Assembly: GCF_009914755.1 (NCBI RefSeq)
Contig: NC_060941.1
Length of the DNA: 64,000 nucleotides
DNA from: the human T2T-CHM13v2.0 reference genome, Homo sapiens
Direction: 5' to 3' (one strand)
A model generated the notes under the pieces. It searched no databases. It was not told where the DNA came from and was given only the letters and a program-made list of their open reading frames with translations. Below are positions 27,611 through 41,330 of this stretch, piece by piece. Position 1 is the first letter of the stretch; every line of letters starts with the position of its first letter. A program made the translations under genes and the position numbers.

Positions 27611-30179
27611 GCTACTTTGAGATTTGCAAAAGTTTTAAATTCTTTTATAATAAAATGTGTATTTTGAGTTCTTGGAAAAAATAGCCTTCAGTTTTCAGTA
27701 AGTCATAATATTGCAGCTTTCTGTGCAATATTTACATTTTTGTAACTATTGGATCTTTTTCATCTTTGATATACCTTCACACATTGTTTTTGCTATGATA
27801 CATTTGCATGACCATAAATTTTGTATTCTTATTTCATTACTTTTAATTTTCTTCATGGATTATCACATTCTGCTTTTTTTCTTAATTTGAAAAATCTAAC
27901 AATAAATTCTATTTTCTATCCATTTTTATGAACAAGAAAATATTAAAATCTTATTATTACTTCATAGAGATTTGTCAAAAATTACTTACTAGTATTGTAG
28001 GATCTTGACTTTGGACCAACTCTTAGAATTTACTAACTTCAAGTCTCTCATCCAGAGAGAATTACCTTCAATTTTTCATCCCTGAAAATTGCTATCAAAC
28101 ATTTTTTTTAATTTCTTACTTGTTTTGGAACTTGATAAGTCACAGAAAGTTTATTTTATTATTAGGGATATCTTTTTATTAGAAGATCATCACTCTGATG
28201 GTGCTCTAATTAGATCATTAGTCCTTCATCAAACCAACCAAGATCTGCCACTCTGAAAACTTTACCTCCTGACATTTTGCTCTCCAGATTAATAAAAAAA
28301 GAAGTTCCATGTATCTTCCACCTGTTCATGGAAGCCACTACTTGTTTATAGCTCTTCGTGTGTTTTTAAACAACTATCATCTTCCTTCTTTAATCTCTCT
28401 TTTTGAATTAAACATGCCAGACCTCGAAATATTCCTGGGAAAAGATGACTTCTCAACCTCCTTATTACTTTGGTTCTTCTACTCTAGAAATCCATTTTTA
28501 ATTCTTCTTTTAAAATATGAACACCATAGTGTGTGATTACTTGAGACAAACTGTCTTGGCCTGCGGGGATAACTGCAGTGTTAAGGATACCTGACTAAGG
28601 GTTGATAGATAATAAATAGCTCCCACCAGGGGAATAAGTTTTGAGAAGCAACTAAGTGAGTCGTTGTCTTTTATTTCCTAGGATGGCTCACTCAGACAGG
28701 ATCACACACCAAGGACTGGAGGTTGTGTTCAGAAAGTTTTCTAGTCTGCATCAACACTCAAAACACTTGTAGATGGCAAACCCTCAAAAAACAATGATTT
28801 ATACATGCTCCTGATGGCATATTGCAATCTTACAATGGACCTCTGAATTTGGGATCTGGTTTATACTCAAGACTTGTATGCCACCCACTTCCCTGCAGAA
28901 TGACTAAAACTAGACAAAGAAGAAGCTCATTTGGGAACTTGACTTACAAAAACCTTCCTCCTCTGATGTGTGTAATAACCTTGCTGCACCATGTTTGTTG
29001 ACATTTTAAGGCAAATTTTGTTCCCTTTTTATATGTGGTGGTTGTTGTTATACCACTCATAGTGTGATTGAGAACATAAATTCTCCAAAGAACTACAGAA
29101 TATGGGAAGAAATATTAATGTTTCAACCCCTCTATTTTACAGATGATAAAATGGAAACTTAGAGAGATAAAGGGACTTGGCTCAAGGTCCCTTAATTGTC
29201 TATCCTCAACGGACTCAGGCTGGAGTGAAATCTAAATCTGCCATTCCCTCTAAATAGTTTTGATGTGCAACAAAGTGATGGAGAAATTAGAAACCAGGAG
29301 ACAGAAAAACAGCAGCAGGAGGGAGTAGGCAAGGAGCTGGAGAATTCAGTGTTTTATAAACTTTAAATTCCCAACTGCTACACTATAATTCTGTCTTGAG
29401 AGTCCATTATAAGGAAGTCATTTTGGTGACTTGGATGAGGTCCATGGAAGATGTGTCTCAGCATCTAATTTGTGAGTGTGTTATAGTGAGATGCCATTAA
29501 GATTCTCACAGCCTCTTTGGAATGTGGGATGGGAGGATATGTTTATTTTATAGTTCCACAGTTAATTCTCCTGGTGTCTAGAAGCTTTCATTCATTCATT
29601 CACTCATTCATTCAAACACATTTGATGAATGCTCATATTCATTTTGTATAACACACTATGCTAGATGTTTTGCATTTAAAGTTGAATAATTCAAGCCCTG
29701 AATTAAACCTTTAAGGTAAAGAAAGCAGCTCCTCACTGCAAATTAAGAAGGCTTGCTTTTAAAACTAGCTCATTTTACATTGATTCAGAACATCAGTTAA
29801 TTGAAAAAATAACTCTTTTGCCTAGGAATTCAGTGTTCCTGTACAGTTATCAAGAAATAACTTTAGCAATTCCTCTTCTAGGAATTTATCCTAAAGATAT
29901 ACTTGCACATGCTCAAAGATTTATATACAGAATTATTTTACACCATTGTTTGTAGTAAAAAAAAAAAAAAGATTAAACACAAACTATTCAGTAATAGAGA
30001 ACTGCTATCCACATAATGAAAAAAATGTAGGTGTAAATCAGAACCTGTTCACATCTTATGTATGATAGAGACTTTAGAGAGTTATTTCCAAAAGATATGA
30101 TATTCTCTTTCTATCTTTTTCTACCTCCCTCTCTCCCACCCTTCTTTCTTCCTTTTTTATCTCTTTCTTTCTCCCCTAA

Positions 30180-32270
30180 CTTTACATTTGGAAAATTTCC
30201 AATATACAAAAAAGTTGTAGAATTGCTATTATAAATATTATAAATATATACTTTTCATCTAAATCAGTAATTGTTAATTACAGACACATTTTGTGGAACT
30301 ATTGGAAAATAAATGTTAGACATCATGGCCTTCATCCCTAAATACAAAGCTCCAGCACCATACTAAAGAAACTTGGCATTGAAACAATAGTATCACTAAA
30401 TGCAATACAAAATAAAAAGCCACAGCACCATCCTAAAGAAGCTTAGCATTGAAATAATAGTATCATTAAATACAGTTCAAATTTTCTTAGTTATCACAAA
30501 AATATTATTTATGACTTTTATTTTTCCAGATCCAGGGTTTAGAATTTGATTACCATGTCTCTTTAGCTTCCATTTGTCTAGTTTGGTCCCCCTGGCTTTT
30601 TCTTTCATAATAATTATCTTTTTGAAGCATACCAGCAAGTTGTCTAGTAGAAATTTTTATAATCAGGATTTATCTGATTGTTTCCTCACAACCGGATTCA
30701 AATGAAACATTTTTGTGAAAAATATGACAGATATGCTCTTGATAATGCTAATGCTTATTTGGTTCAGATGGTGTCTGCCAGACTTTTCCATTGTAATTCC
30801 CTTTGTATTTAGGAAGACATCTATTATGAACTAAATTTTGTCCCCCCAAACTTTGCATGCTGAAGCCCTCATCTCCAGTACCTCAGAACATGACTGTGTT
30901 TGGAGACAGAGTCTTAAAAATGGTAATTAAAGTTAAATAAGGTTATATAGGTGGGCTCTAATCCAATCTGACTGGTGTCCTTATAAGGAGAGGAAATTTG
31001 AACCCACAAGAGATACCAGGGACATGTGCCCCTGAGGGATGACCATGGGGAGAGGCAGGAAGAGGATGGACAACTGTTTTGCTAAGGAAAGAGGGGTCAA
31101 AAGGAGTCAACCCTATTGGCACCTCGATCTTGGACTTCTGTCCTCCAGAACTGTGAGAAAACAAACTTCTGTTGTTTAAGTGACCCAGTCTATGGCATTT
31201 TGTTACAGCAGCCGTAGCAAACTAATACGTCATCTGAGGTGTGTTTTGAGACCACATAAATATGTTAACATTTCACTCAGTAGAGTCTGATTGCTACTTC
31301 AAGGAAATTTGTAAAAAATTACTAACTTGAATGATAAAATCTTAGATTTGGACCAGCCCTGCGACCTTACAGCCTGCAGTCTCTGTTAATTCTTGCCTTA
31401 ATTAATTAATTAGTACAATGGATATGGAAAAATAGTCATTTTCTAAATCTAACCTTTCTAATTTTATTATTTGGTGTTCTTCTGAAAGAAGAGTCCTACT
31501 CTCTCCCTTTTTTGACTTTATACACTAATTGATTTTAAATGTTTAATATCCATTATTATATTTTGGAGGCTGTAATTACTCCACATCTGATTATCAGAAG
31601 CCCCTTCGACTGGCTCCTGTGTACCTTAGAATGTGTGTATCAGTCTTTGAGTATTTCCCTACTTTCCCACACAATAATAAAATGTTCCAAGACCACTTTT
31701 TACTTTCTTTGCTTTTGACCTAGAAACAGCCATTTCCCCAAGATTTCCTAACCCCTTTTAGTGAATAAGAGAGTTTAGAAACGAAGACCTAAGCACTCAT
31801 AAGGTGTACTCATTACTTCTAGCATGGACACAGTCCTGGACCTTGTCTGTGCATAGAGCTAGTTTATCTTTATATTCTTCATTTTAATTCATCAACACAA
31901 GGTTCATTGTTATCTCACCCATTTGAAAATTTCCCTTCTCTCATATAAGAGCCCTTGATTCCTGACCATATTCAATTTTCCAAATTTATTTTTCTCTGTT
32001 CTGTAATGCAGTCAAAATAGTTTAAGAATAACTACCCCCATATTACCAAACAACAAATAAACTAAGAAAAATTCAGATTTCTTTATAGTTCTTTTTATCT
32101 TTAAAACATATCACACCAAGGGTATAGAGTCAGAATATACTGAGTTCGCAAGGTACTTGAATTCATCCTTTTTTTCATTCTCTGCACTTAAATGACAGCA
32201 ATTTGAGATAGAGTTACTTCACTGGTTTCCACATGTGTCCAGTATTAAAGTTTGATCTCAAGCTCTATTT
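30180..32270 (-). mobile_element. L1MC4/5-like 3' region with an MLT1 insertion
   Basis: ggaaaatttccaatatacaaaaaagttgtagaat...; ggatttatctgattgtttcctca; gttccaagaccac; boundaries approximate. Confidence 0.55.
30822..31229 (+). mobile_element. MLT1B/C (MaLR) solo LTR
   Basis: ctccagtacctcagaacatgactgtgtttggagacag...cttggacttctgtcctccagaactgtgaga...gcaaactaatac; TSD acatc/tcatc. Confidence 0.88.
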
Positions 32271-33331
32271 CAACTGAAAAAGGCAGGGTGCATCGTAGTT
32301 TGAATAGTAGGTTTCTATTTGAATTGAAAGGAGGAAAAATTAATGCAATTTTTATTATTCCTTTATTTGCTTGCATTTGCATAAAAATATGCGTGGATGA
32401 ATATACTAGGAATTGATCCGTAACTCTGGGAAGGGAATTGGGTGATTAGGAGAAGAGCTGGGGGTATACTTTTCACCGTGGGATATTTTTACATTGTGTT
32501 GCTTTGTATTTTTAAATTTTTGAAACGTGACTATATTATCCACTAAAAATAAATTAAAAATGTAAAAGAAAAGAATCTACTTTTGCTTCCTCTATTCTTC
32601 CCCCTCACAGGCCATTACCCAAGTGTGTTGATACTTCAATGGAGGCACAACTTGGAGGATTTTATCTGATCCCAAGAAACTCCCAATTACGGTTACCTTG
32701 ACTGCCTTCTGTCCCCTCCACTGGTGAATTATCCAAGCAAGGAGGCTGCATTTTCCAAGCCGTTTGAATCACATCCCCAGGATGTTTCCATGAGCCAGCC
32801 AAGTGCATTCTTGAGCTGTGCCTAGATGTACTTGTTAAGTTTCTTAAGAATTTTTAAAATGATTCAGTGCATGCTCTCTCTGAGCTGCATTTTGTCACTT
32901 GGAACATTCAACAGATGTATTTGGCTCATGTGCAGTTTTTGATTCTCATAGATGAGGAATTTTTCACTCTCTCTGTTCTTGGTACTTGAGGCATTTTCAC
33001 TCAAATGCTCTCTGTTGTCTCTCCCTCTCTTTATTCATTCTCTCTCTCTCTCTCTCTGTCTCTCCATTTCTCTCTCCATTTTTAATTTCTTCAGTCTTCT
33101 GGGTCTCAGTTGAGCCCCAGGGACCACAGGTAACCCTCTTTAGGACAGTAGCATCTCTGGAAACCTAGCATCACTGCCAAAGTGGAACAAAATTCAAAAT
33201 AAAAACAGTCTGTGGGCTTGGACATTCTTAATCATGCTTTTTTCCTTAGAAGTTCTTTTAGTCCAAATTACATGGATTATTATTTCTTTCAACTACCTTA
33301 TGCCATAGCTGACCTAATTATACATTTGTGG

Positions 33332-33700
33332 TTCTACAGTTTGAATATAATTTGGCTCTGCCAAAACTCATTTTGAGGCTTGGTCCACAGTGTAGCAGTG
33401 TTGGAGGTAGGGTCTTTAAGATGAATTAATGTTTTTCTCATGAAATTGGGTTAGTTCTTAAGAGAGTGGGTTGTTATAAAGTGGGTCAACTTCCTTTGTG
33501 CCATCTCTTTCCACACACTTGGTTCCCCTTCTGTTTCTCCTCCATCTTTTGATGTGGCACGAGGCCCTCACTGCAAACTGTCAGATGCAGCTGCCCAATT
33601 CTGAACTTTGCAGCCTGTAGAACCATGTGCTAAATAAGCTTCTTTTCTTTATAAATTGCCAAGTCTCAGGTATTCTGTTATAGCAACACAAAATGATTTG
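33332..33700 (+). mobile_element. MLT1A/MST-type MaLR LTR
   Basis: cagtttgaat...ttataaattgccaagtctcaggtattctgttatagcaacacaaaatg. Confidence 0.7.
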
Positions 33701-34458
33701 TGCACATACATGTGTGTGTGTGTTTGTGTGTGCGTGGTGGTATTTTAGTACAATGATGATTGCCTGCCATCTGTTGTTCCAGAACTTAGAAATACAAACT
33801 ATTTTAAAACACAGAGAAGAAAAACCCAGACACTTTCCTGGGGGTGTGGGGTGGAAGATAATTTTTAGAGGTCTGGCTGGGGGCAGGGGTGAGAGGAGAG
33901 CTGAAAGGAGGTATGATGTAAACACAAAGAACCCTATGTCAAGTGTCAGGTTACCTGTATTTGCAACCTGGCTTTTATCATTTTGCTTTTTCATTAATAC
34001 ACACACGCTTTCGCTCATTTATTCAACGTTTATTATCTACCGTATGCAAGGCATTCTTTTGTATGGCCTTAACTAAGCCATTTAACCTCTAAGACATATA
34101 TTCATTTTTTAATAGATTTTATTTGTTGGAAGAGATTTAGGTCACAGCAAAATTGGGCAGAAGATACAGAGATTTCCCATATGCTCCCTGCCCCCACACA
34201 TACATAGCTTCCTCCATTACCAATATCCACCAGAGTGGTACATTTGTTAACAATTTATTGACAATTTATTAACACATAATCACCCAGAGTTCAGAGTTGA
34301 CATTGGGGTTCACTCCTGGTGTTATACATTTTGTGGGTTTGGACAAGTGCATAATATGTGTCTACAATTACAGTATCACAAAGAGTAGTTTCTCTGTCCT
34401 AAAAATCCTCTGTGCTGCACCTGTTTGACATCCTCACCCAACCCTTGGCAAGCACTGA

Positions 34459-34857
<399 letters not shown>

Positions 34858-34956
34858 TAGTAATATGCATTTAAGTTTCCACCATTTATTTCCATGGCTT
34901 GATAGCTGTTTTTTGTTTTTTTTTTTTGCACCGAATAATATTCCATTGTCTGGATG

Positions 34957-35435
34957 TGAGGTAAAAGGTGGGACTCGACTCTAGAGGTGAGGCTCAGACT
35001 GCAGACCAGATTGAGGACTAGCTGAAATGGAGGAAGCAAAAGCACCTCTCCATAAGACATGCCCACCAGTGCCACATCAGTTTATCATTGCTATGGCAAC
35101 ACCCAGAAGTTACCTCCCCTTTCCATGGCAATGACTTGATTATCTGGAAGTTATGCCCCTTTTTTTTCTGGAAATTTCTGCATAATAGACCCGTTAGTTT
35201 GCATGTAATTAAAAGTTGATATAAATCTGACTGCAGAGCTGCCCTTGAGCTGCTGCTCTTGATACACCATGTAGGGAGTGGTTCCTCTCTGTAGGAGCAG
35301 TCACGGAGCTATAACACTGCCACCTTAATAAAGCTGTTTCCTTCTACCATCAGCTTGTTCTTGAATTTTTGCCTAAGTGAAGCCAAGAACCCTCCAAGGC
35401 CAAGCCCCAATTTGGGAATTGCCTGCCATGCATCA
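34957..35435 (+). mobile_element. ERV1 solo LTR, LTR19-like
   Basis: tgaggt...gggactcgactc...attgaggactagct...taataaagctgttt...gccaagaaccc...gcatca; TG...CA ends; TSD gatg/aatg. Confidence 0.75.
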
Positions 35436-36199
35436 AATGTTCCGCAGTTTATTTATCTAGTCACTTACTGAAGGACATATTGGTTGCTTTCAAGTTTTTG
35501 GCAATTGTGAATAAAGCTTCTATAAACATCCATGTACAGATTTTTGTGGAGACAGTGTTTTCACCTGGGTTGATAACAAGGAGCATGATTGTTGGGTTGT
35601 ATGATATGAGTGTGTTTTGTTTAGTTTTGTAAGAAACTACCAAACTGTCTTCCAAAGTGGCTGTGCCATTTTACATTCTCACTAGAAGCAGATGGGAGTT
35701 TCTGTTATTCCACATCCTCACCAGCATTTGATGCTGTCAGTGTTTTGGATTTTGGCCATTCTAATATGTGCATATTTGTGTCTCATTGTTGTTTTAATTT
35801 GCAATCCCCTGATGACATGTTATGGAGTATCTTTTCATATGCTTACTTGCCACCTGTGTATCTTCTTTGGTCAGGTGTCTGTTTAGATCTTCTGCTCATT
35901 TTTCATTCAGGTTGTTTGTTTTCTTATTGTTGAGTTTTAAGAGATCTTTGTATATTTTATATGAGTCCTTTATTGGATGTGTCTTTTGCAAATATTTTCT
36001 CCCAGTCTGTGGCTTGTCTTTTCATTCTTTTGACAGTATCTTTTGCAGAGCAGAAATTGTTATTTTTCATAAAGTTCAGCTTATCAATTCTTCCTTTCAT
36101 GGATATATATTCATTTTTAAAATGGGGATAGTATTACCTGATTTACATATCTCCTAGTTCTTTGTGTGATAGGTGTGGTATGAGGGTGCTTTCTTTCTT

Positions 36200-36538
36200 T
36201 TTTAAGAAATGTGGTGGTGGTCCACGTCTCTGTTCCATCAAATTCTATTAGCATGGTCATATTTTAGTCACTGAAATGTGACATATTAATCCAGGTGTAA
36301 GTTTCAAGAGGCAGCATGAACTCTTTATTTTCTGTCACAGATGCTGGCAATGTTCCATGGAGTAGATACTATATATCAGCCTGAGTCCCAGAGTAGGAAT
36401 ATCTTGGAACACAGCCCTTGGCCCTTCTACAATGGATACATAGCATGAGCAAGAAATAAACCCTCATCACTTTAGGCCACTGAGAATTTGAGGGGTTTTG
36501 TTATCTTAGCAAAACCCAGCCTATCCTGTCTGCTACAA
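36200..36538 (+). mobile_element. Old MLT1 (J/K-like) LTR
   Basis: atcagcctgagtcccagagt...agcatgagcaagaaataaac...ccactgagaatttgagggg...gcctatcctg. Confidence 0.6.
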
Positions 36539-38489
36539 AGAATCAGGAAGATATGATAACTTCAGATGATGTGGAGTGCTGTGAAGTAAGGGCATGAAAT
36601 TGAGCTGACAAGTGAAGTGAGCTTGGGCCCATGTTGGCTAGATGAAGATCAAAACCCTCTGTAGTGGCTCCAACTCTTGCCACAAGATGTGAAGAAAAAA
36701 GAATGAGACTGGAGTCCTCTGGGGCACTGGCTCTAGATGCTGGTGCTATCCAGTAGGTTATCTAAGTGAACAGATAATGCTGAATTTCTTGGATGGTTTA
36801 CAGTCTAATTTTTAGAGCATAACATAACATGGAAGTCAACTGGAACCAGAGGAAATTTTAGTAGAAATTCTGCTTTCTTCCTTTAGATATAAAATGGTTT
36901 TCATCTCAAGGAAGGTTATTTCCATTCCAATTAAGTAAAAGCAAGGAATCATGGCCTGAAAGTAGTATATTAATTATTTAAACCTTTGAGTAATTAATTT
37001 CTGATCCCAGGTCCCAAAGAGCTCATTGTGGGGCACTGCATTTCTGAGAATGATGAGAATGAGAAGGGAGAGCATATTTATTAAGCATATATTATGTACT
37101 AACTTTCATTCTAGGTTTTTACATGTATTGTCTCTTGCGTCTTGATATCAGAACTCTGAGTCTTAGGAAAACAAGATGCAAAGCAGTTAAACACTTGCTA
37201 AAAACTTTATCTAGTAAATGACAGAGGAGGATTCAAACCCAGGTCTAGGTGAACTCTAATTCTTCAGCTTTTTGCAGTATCCACTTCTCCTACTCCGTAA
37301 GTTGTTACTTAGGTCTAAAAAGTGAAGAAATTGAAATAGAAATTAGATCTACAGAGGCCCAGAGGAATGAATTATTACTTGAAGTTTTAAATAATTAATA
37401 TACCACTTTTCTGAGCACTTTAAAAATTCTGAATCTAGGGGGTAGAGTTTGCTTCCCTGAAACCGAATGTTGGGCCTTGAAACAGTCCTCCAGCACGTTG
37501 CAGAGAAGCTACTGGCAAACTGAAGTGTGAGAATGAGGATGACAAATATGTGCATGGCTTTATGGTGGCTTTGCTGCAGGGTGCAAAGTTATCTTCTGTG
37601 ACCTCTTTGGACCACACTGGATGATGAACACCCAAGCAAAGGTAAAACTGGCTCTCCTACTTGTCGGGCGACTATGTGTAATGGTGTTATTCAACAAAAA
37701 AGAGACTAGACTAAACTGCACTCACTCATCAGGATAATCATACAAACTTCTGCTAGACTTCTTGGACAATATGCCAGCAAGCATTCTTTGGGGTCAGGTT
37801 TGTTCAACAAAGTGTTGCCTGATTTAAAAAATAATAATAATAAAAGTAAGAGGGGAAAAAAAGGCCCTGCTGATAGTAAATTCATGTCTTAGGCCAATAA
37901 ACACATTTGTTAACGTAAAATAACAACAATAAGGCAGACTCATAAGGCTAGAGCCTCTGAGTGGCCTTGTAACTTCTCAGTAATTGTGTAAAGGCTCATC
38001 AGTTCAGCTGAGGGCTGAGATAGAAACCAACAATCGCAAACACAAACCTCTTGGAAGAGCTTAAAGATTTAGCAATGGAACATCTCCAATTTTCCATCTT
38101 TTATTTAACTCCTTTGAACTCCCACTAATTTCCAGGCAACACTTGGAATTCCATTTTTAGCTTTGCCTTTTGAATTATTATTTTTTTCCCCTTGGTGTGG
38201 TGCAAATCTGCGTAGGAAGATGGTCTTTCTGTTTCATCAATTTTTTTTTCTTGATTGTTGAGGAATGTTCATTGCCAGAATGATTTAAAAATAGAGACTA
38301 ATTTGAAGAAGAAAATAAAAGTGATCTGTAATCCCACCATTCAGAGACAAGCGCTATTAAGGTTTTGGTATATTTCCAGCTGGGAATTTTTTTTTTTTTC
38401 TAAATGTGTGTGTACTTTTTTTTTTTTTTTTAAACGTGACTGACAATATGCTACTTAGAGAGTTTCTTGTGGAGGAGGAAGTCAGGAGC

Positions 38490-38710
38490 ACAGGCTTTGT
38501 GTCGCTTGGGCCTGCGTGCAGAGCCTGGCTCTGTCACTTAGTGACTTGTGGGACACAGGACAAGCCATAAGGATCTGTTAGCTCAATAGTGTCTTGACTA
38601 CTAATTGCTTATAGGTATATTGAAGGGTAAATGATAAAATAAATGTAAAGCCTTTAAAAAAGGTCGCTGGAATTTACTGAACACTGAATAAATGTTAGCT
38701 ATTACCATCA
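38490..38710 (+). mobile_element. MIR
   Basis: cctggctctgtcacttag...aaatgtaaag...aataaatgttagctatta. Confidence 0.55.
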
Positions 38711-38776
38711 TTTCATTTTTGCCCTTAATGGCCTGTTATGAAACTTTCCCATTAAAGCTTTTTTTCACAATCATGA

Positions 38777-39072
38777 TTTTTTTTTCTTTCTTTGAGACAG
38801 AGTCTCCCTCTTTCGCCCAGGCTGGAGTGTAGTGACGCGATCTCGGCTCACTGCAACCTCCGCCTCCTGGGTTCAAGCAATTCTCTGCCTCAGCCTCCCG
38901 AGTAGCTGGGATTACAGGCAACTGCCACCATGCCCGGCTAATTTTTGTATTTTTAGTAGAGACAGGGTTTCACTATCTTGGCCAGGCTGGTCTCGAACTC
39001 CTGACCTCGTGATCCACCTGCCTCGGCCTCCCAAAGTGCTGGGATTACAGGTGTGAGCCACTGTGCCTGGCC
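38777..39072 (-). mobile_element. AluS (Sg/Sc-like)
   Basis: Antisense Alu; TSD caatcatgattttt. Confidence 0.95.
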
Positions 39073-39596
39073 CTGCAATCATGATTTTTAATGGCTGCAT
39101 TAAATTATATTTTGTAGATATACTAGAAGTTAATTATTCGTCTCTTATTGAATATATATATTTGGCTTCTGTATATCATGTTGCAATGAAGATCTTAATA
39201 GACCAATCTTACTTTGGTGTACTATTTCTTATGTTCCTAAGATTGTTTCTTGTGAGTGGAATAACAGGGTAAGAAGAGTGTTACCATTTCAAAGTTCTTA
39301 ATACATATGGAAAAGTTGTACTTATTTGCATTCTCACCAGGACTGTGTTAGCAGGTTCACATTCACTGTGAGGGTCAACCTTGAGTATTTTCACGCAACC
39401 CTATTAATATTTTTACCTTAAACTCCAGACTACATGTTAAATAACCTTTGCATTTTGTACATTTTTATCGTTTTAAAGGAGGTTGTATTTAATTTGCAAT
39501 TACATTTATTTAGTTAAATTTTGAAATCACATTTATTTGGGTGAATCATTGCTTTTGACAGACAACATCCAATCTTTTGTACTCTGATTTTACCAA

Positions 39597-39973
39597 TGTC
39601 TTAGTTTGGTTTTGCTGCTGTTAAAAAAAAAAATACCCGAGACTGGATAATTTATAAAGAACATAAATTTATTACTCACAGTTTTGGAGGCTGGGAACTT
39701 CAAGGTCAAGGTGCCAGCAGGTTTGGTGTCTTGTGAGGACACCTCTCTGCTTCCAGGATGGCGCCTCGTTCTGTCTCCTGCAGAGGGGATGAACGCTGTG
39801 TCCTCATATGGACTCACCACTTCAAGACCTTTTATAAGATGCTAATCCCATCCATGAGGGCAGAGCCCTCGAGCCTTAATCGCTTCCTTAAGGCCCCACC
39901 TCTTACTACTCTAACATTGGTGATCAAGTTTCAATTCAGTATGAATTTGCGAGGACACATTGAGACCACTGCA
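39597..39973 (-). mobile_element. MLT1A-type MaLR LTR
   Basis: tgtcttagtt...ctcacagttttggaggctgggaacttcaaggtcaagg...accactgca; TSD accaa/accac. Confidence 0.85.
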
Positions 39974-40269
39974 ACCACACTAGGATCTTTAATTTTCTTT
40001 GTCACTCAGTCAGAACATGTTAAACTATCGTGGGGTTTTTTTTTTTTTTCAAATAAAGTTCCGGGATGGTAAGATTTCCTAAGTACCTTGTTTTTGTTTT
40101 GTTTTTTTCACACATGAGAGGCAACTTGACTTGACGTAAAATTCTTGAGTTAAAACCACCAAAAATGATTTGCCTCTAACATGCCACATTATATGGTAGA
40201 ATGAGAAAATGTATAAACAAACAGTTGCTTTTTCTCCCCAAGAGCTAACAGAATTCATACAACTCTAGA

Positions 40270-40475
40270 ACAGGGCTTTCCAGTACAACTTTCTGCAGTG
40301 ATGGAAAGATTTTCTAGTCTGCACTGTGTGGTAAGGCCACCAGCCCAGTGTAGCTACCTGAGCACTTGAAATAAGGCTAGTACAACTGTGGAACTGAATT
40401 TTAATTTTTAAATTTTAGTTAGTTTAAATATAAATACCCACATGTAGGTAGTGGTTTCCATATTGAACAGTCCAA
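40270..40475. mobile_element. MER3-like hAT MITE
   Basis: aactttctgcagtgatggaaa...gagcacttgaaat...gaactgaattttaatttt...cacatgt...catattgaacag. Confidence 0.7.
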
Positions 40476-40734
40476 TTATAGAAATATAGAATAGAAAGGA
40501 ACCTTAGTGGTTCATGTTAATTTTGCTGCCTTGAGGATGTCATATTACCTTTCTGGACACTGGTTTCCTCGTCAATGAGATGATATAACTTTCTCAACGC
40601 TACATAATAAGTTAATGTTAAATCTTAGACAAGAGTCTTACACAACCCTTGTCTCAGTATTGTTTCTTTCATGTCATGGTGCAATTGATTTGTTTAAACT
40701 CTGAGATATGACGCTGAACAGTAAATTAGGTTGA

Positions 40735-41026
40735 ATTTTTGTTTTTTTGAGACAGGGTCTTACTCTGTCACCCAGGCTGGAGTGCAGGGACATGATCATT
40801 GTTCACTGCAGGCTTGAACTCCTGGGCTTAAGTGATCCTCCCCGTTCAGCCTCTCTAGTAGCTGGGACTACAGCCGTGTACCACCACACCTGGGTAAATT
40901 TAAAATTTTTTTGGTAGAGATGGGATCTTGCTATGTTGTCCAGGCTGGTCTTGAACTTCTAACCTCAAGCAATCCTCCTGCCTTGGCCTCCCAATAGTCT
41001 AGGATTATGAGTCACCATACCTAGCC
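40735..41026 (-). mobile_element. AluJ
   Basis: gagacagggtct...gaactcctgggcttaagtgatcctcc...tcttgctatgttgtccagg (J-type diagnostics). Confidence 0.9.
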
Positions 41027-41099
41027 TGAACTTTTTTTTTTTAATTCCCAAAACTTCCAAGTTAATAGCTTTGGTATACCTGGCCACCCTACCTCAAAT

Positions 41100-41330
41100 G
41101 GTATTCTTAGTTATTCTTTATTCCTATAACCTGATTAATTTTTCTTTATTACTACCTGAAATTATGTGAAGTATTTATTTAAACATACATTTATCTGTCC
41201 TCCCACTAGAAGGTCAGCTCCATGGATGCAGGGATTGTGCTTCTTACTGTATCTCCATTGTCTATAGAGGGCTGGATGCATGGCGGGTACTCAATACATC
41301 TTTGTTAAAGTGAGTAGATAAGTGAAAAAT
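41100..41330 (+). mobile_element. L2 3' relic
   Basis: ctcccactagaaggtcagctccatgga...gtactcaatac. Confidence 0.55.

Noticed and set aside
33581-34076. Overlapping 145-aa and 127-aa ORFs
   Set aside because: They span an LTR end and a (TG)n repeat, have alternative start codons and show no domain features
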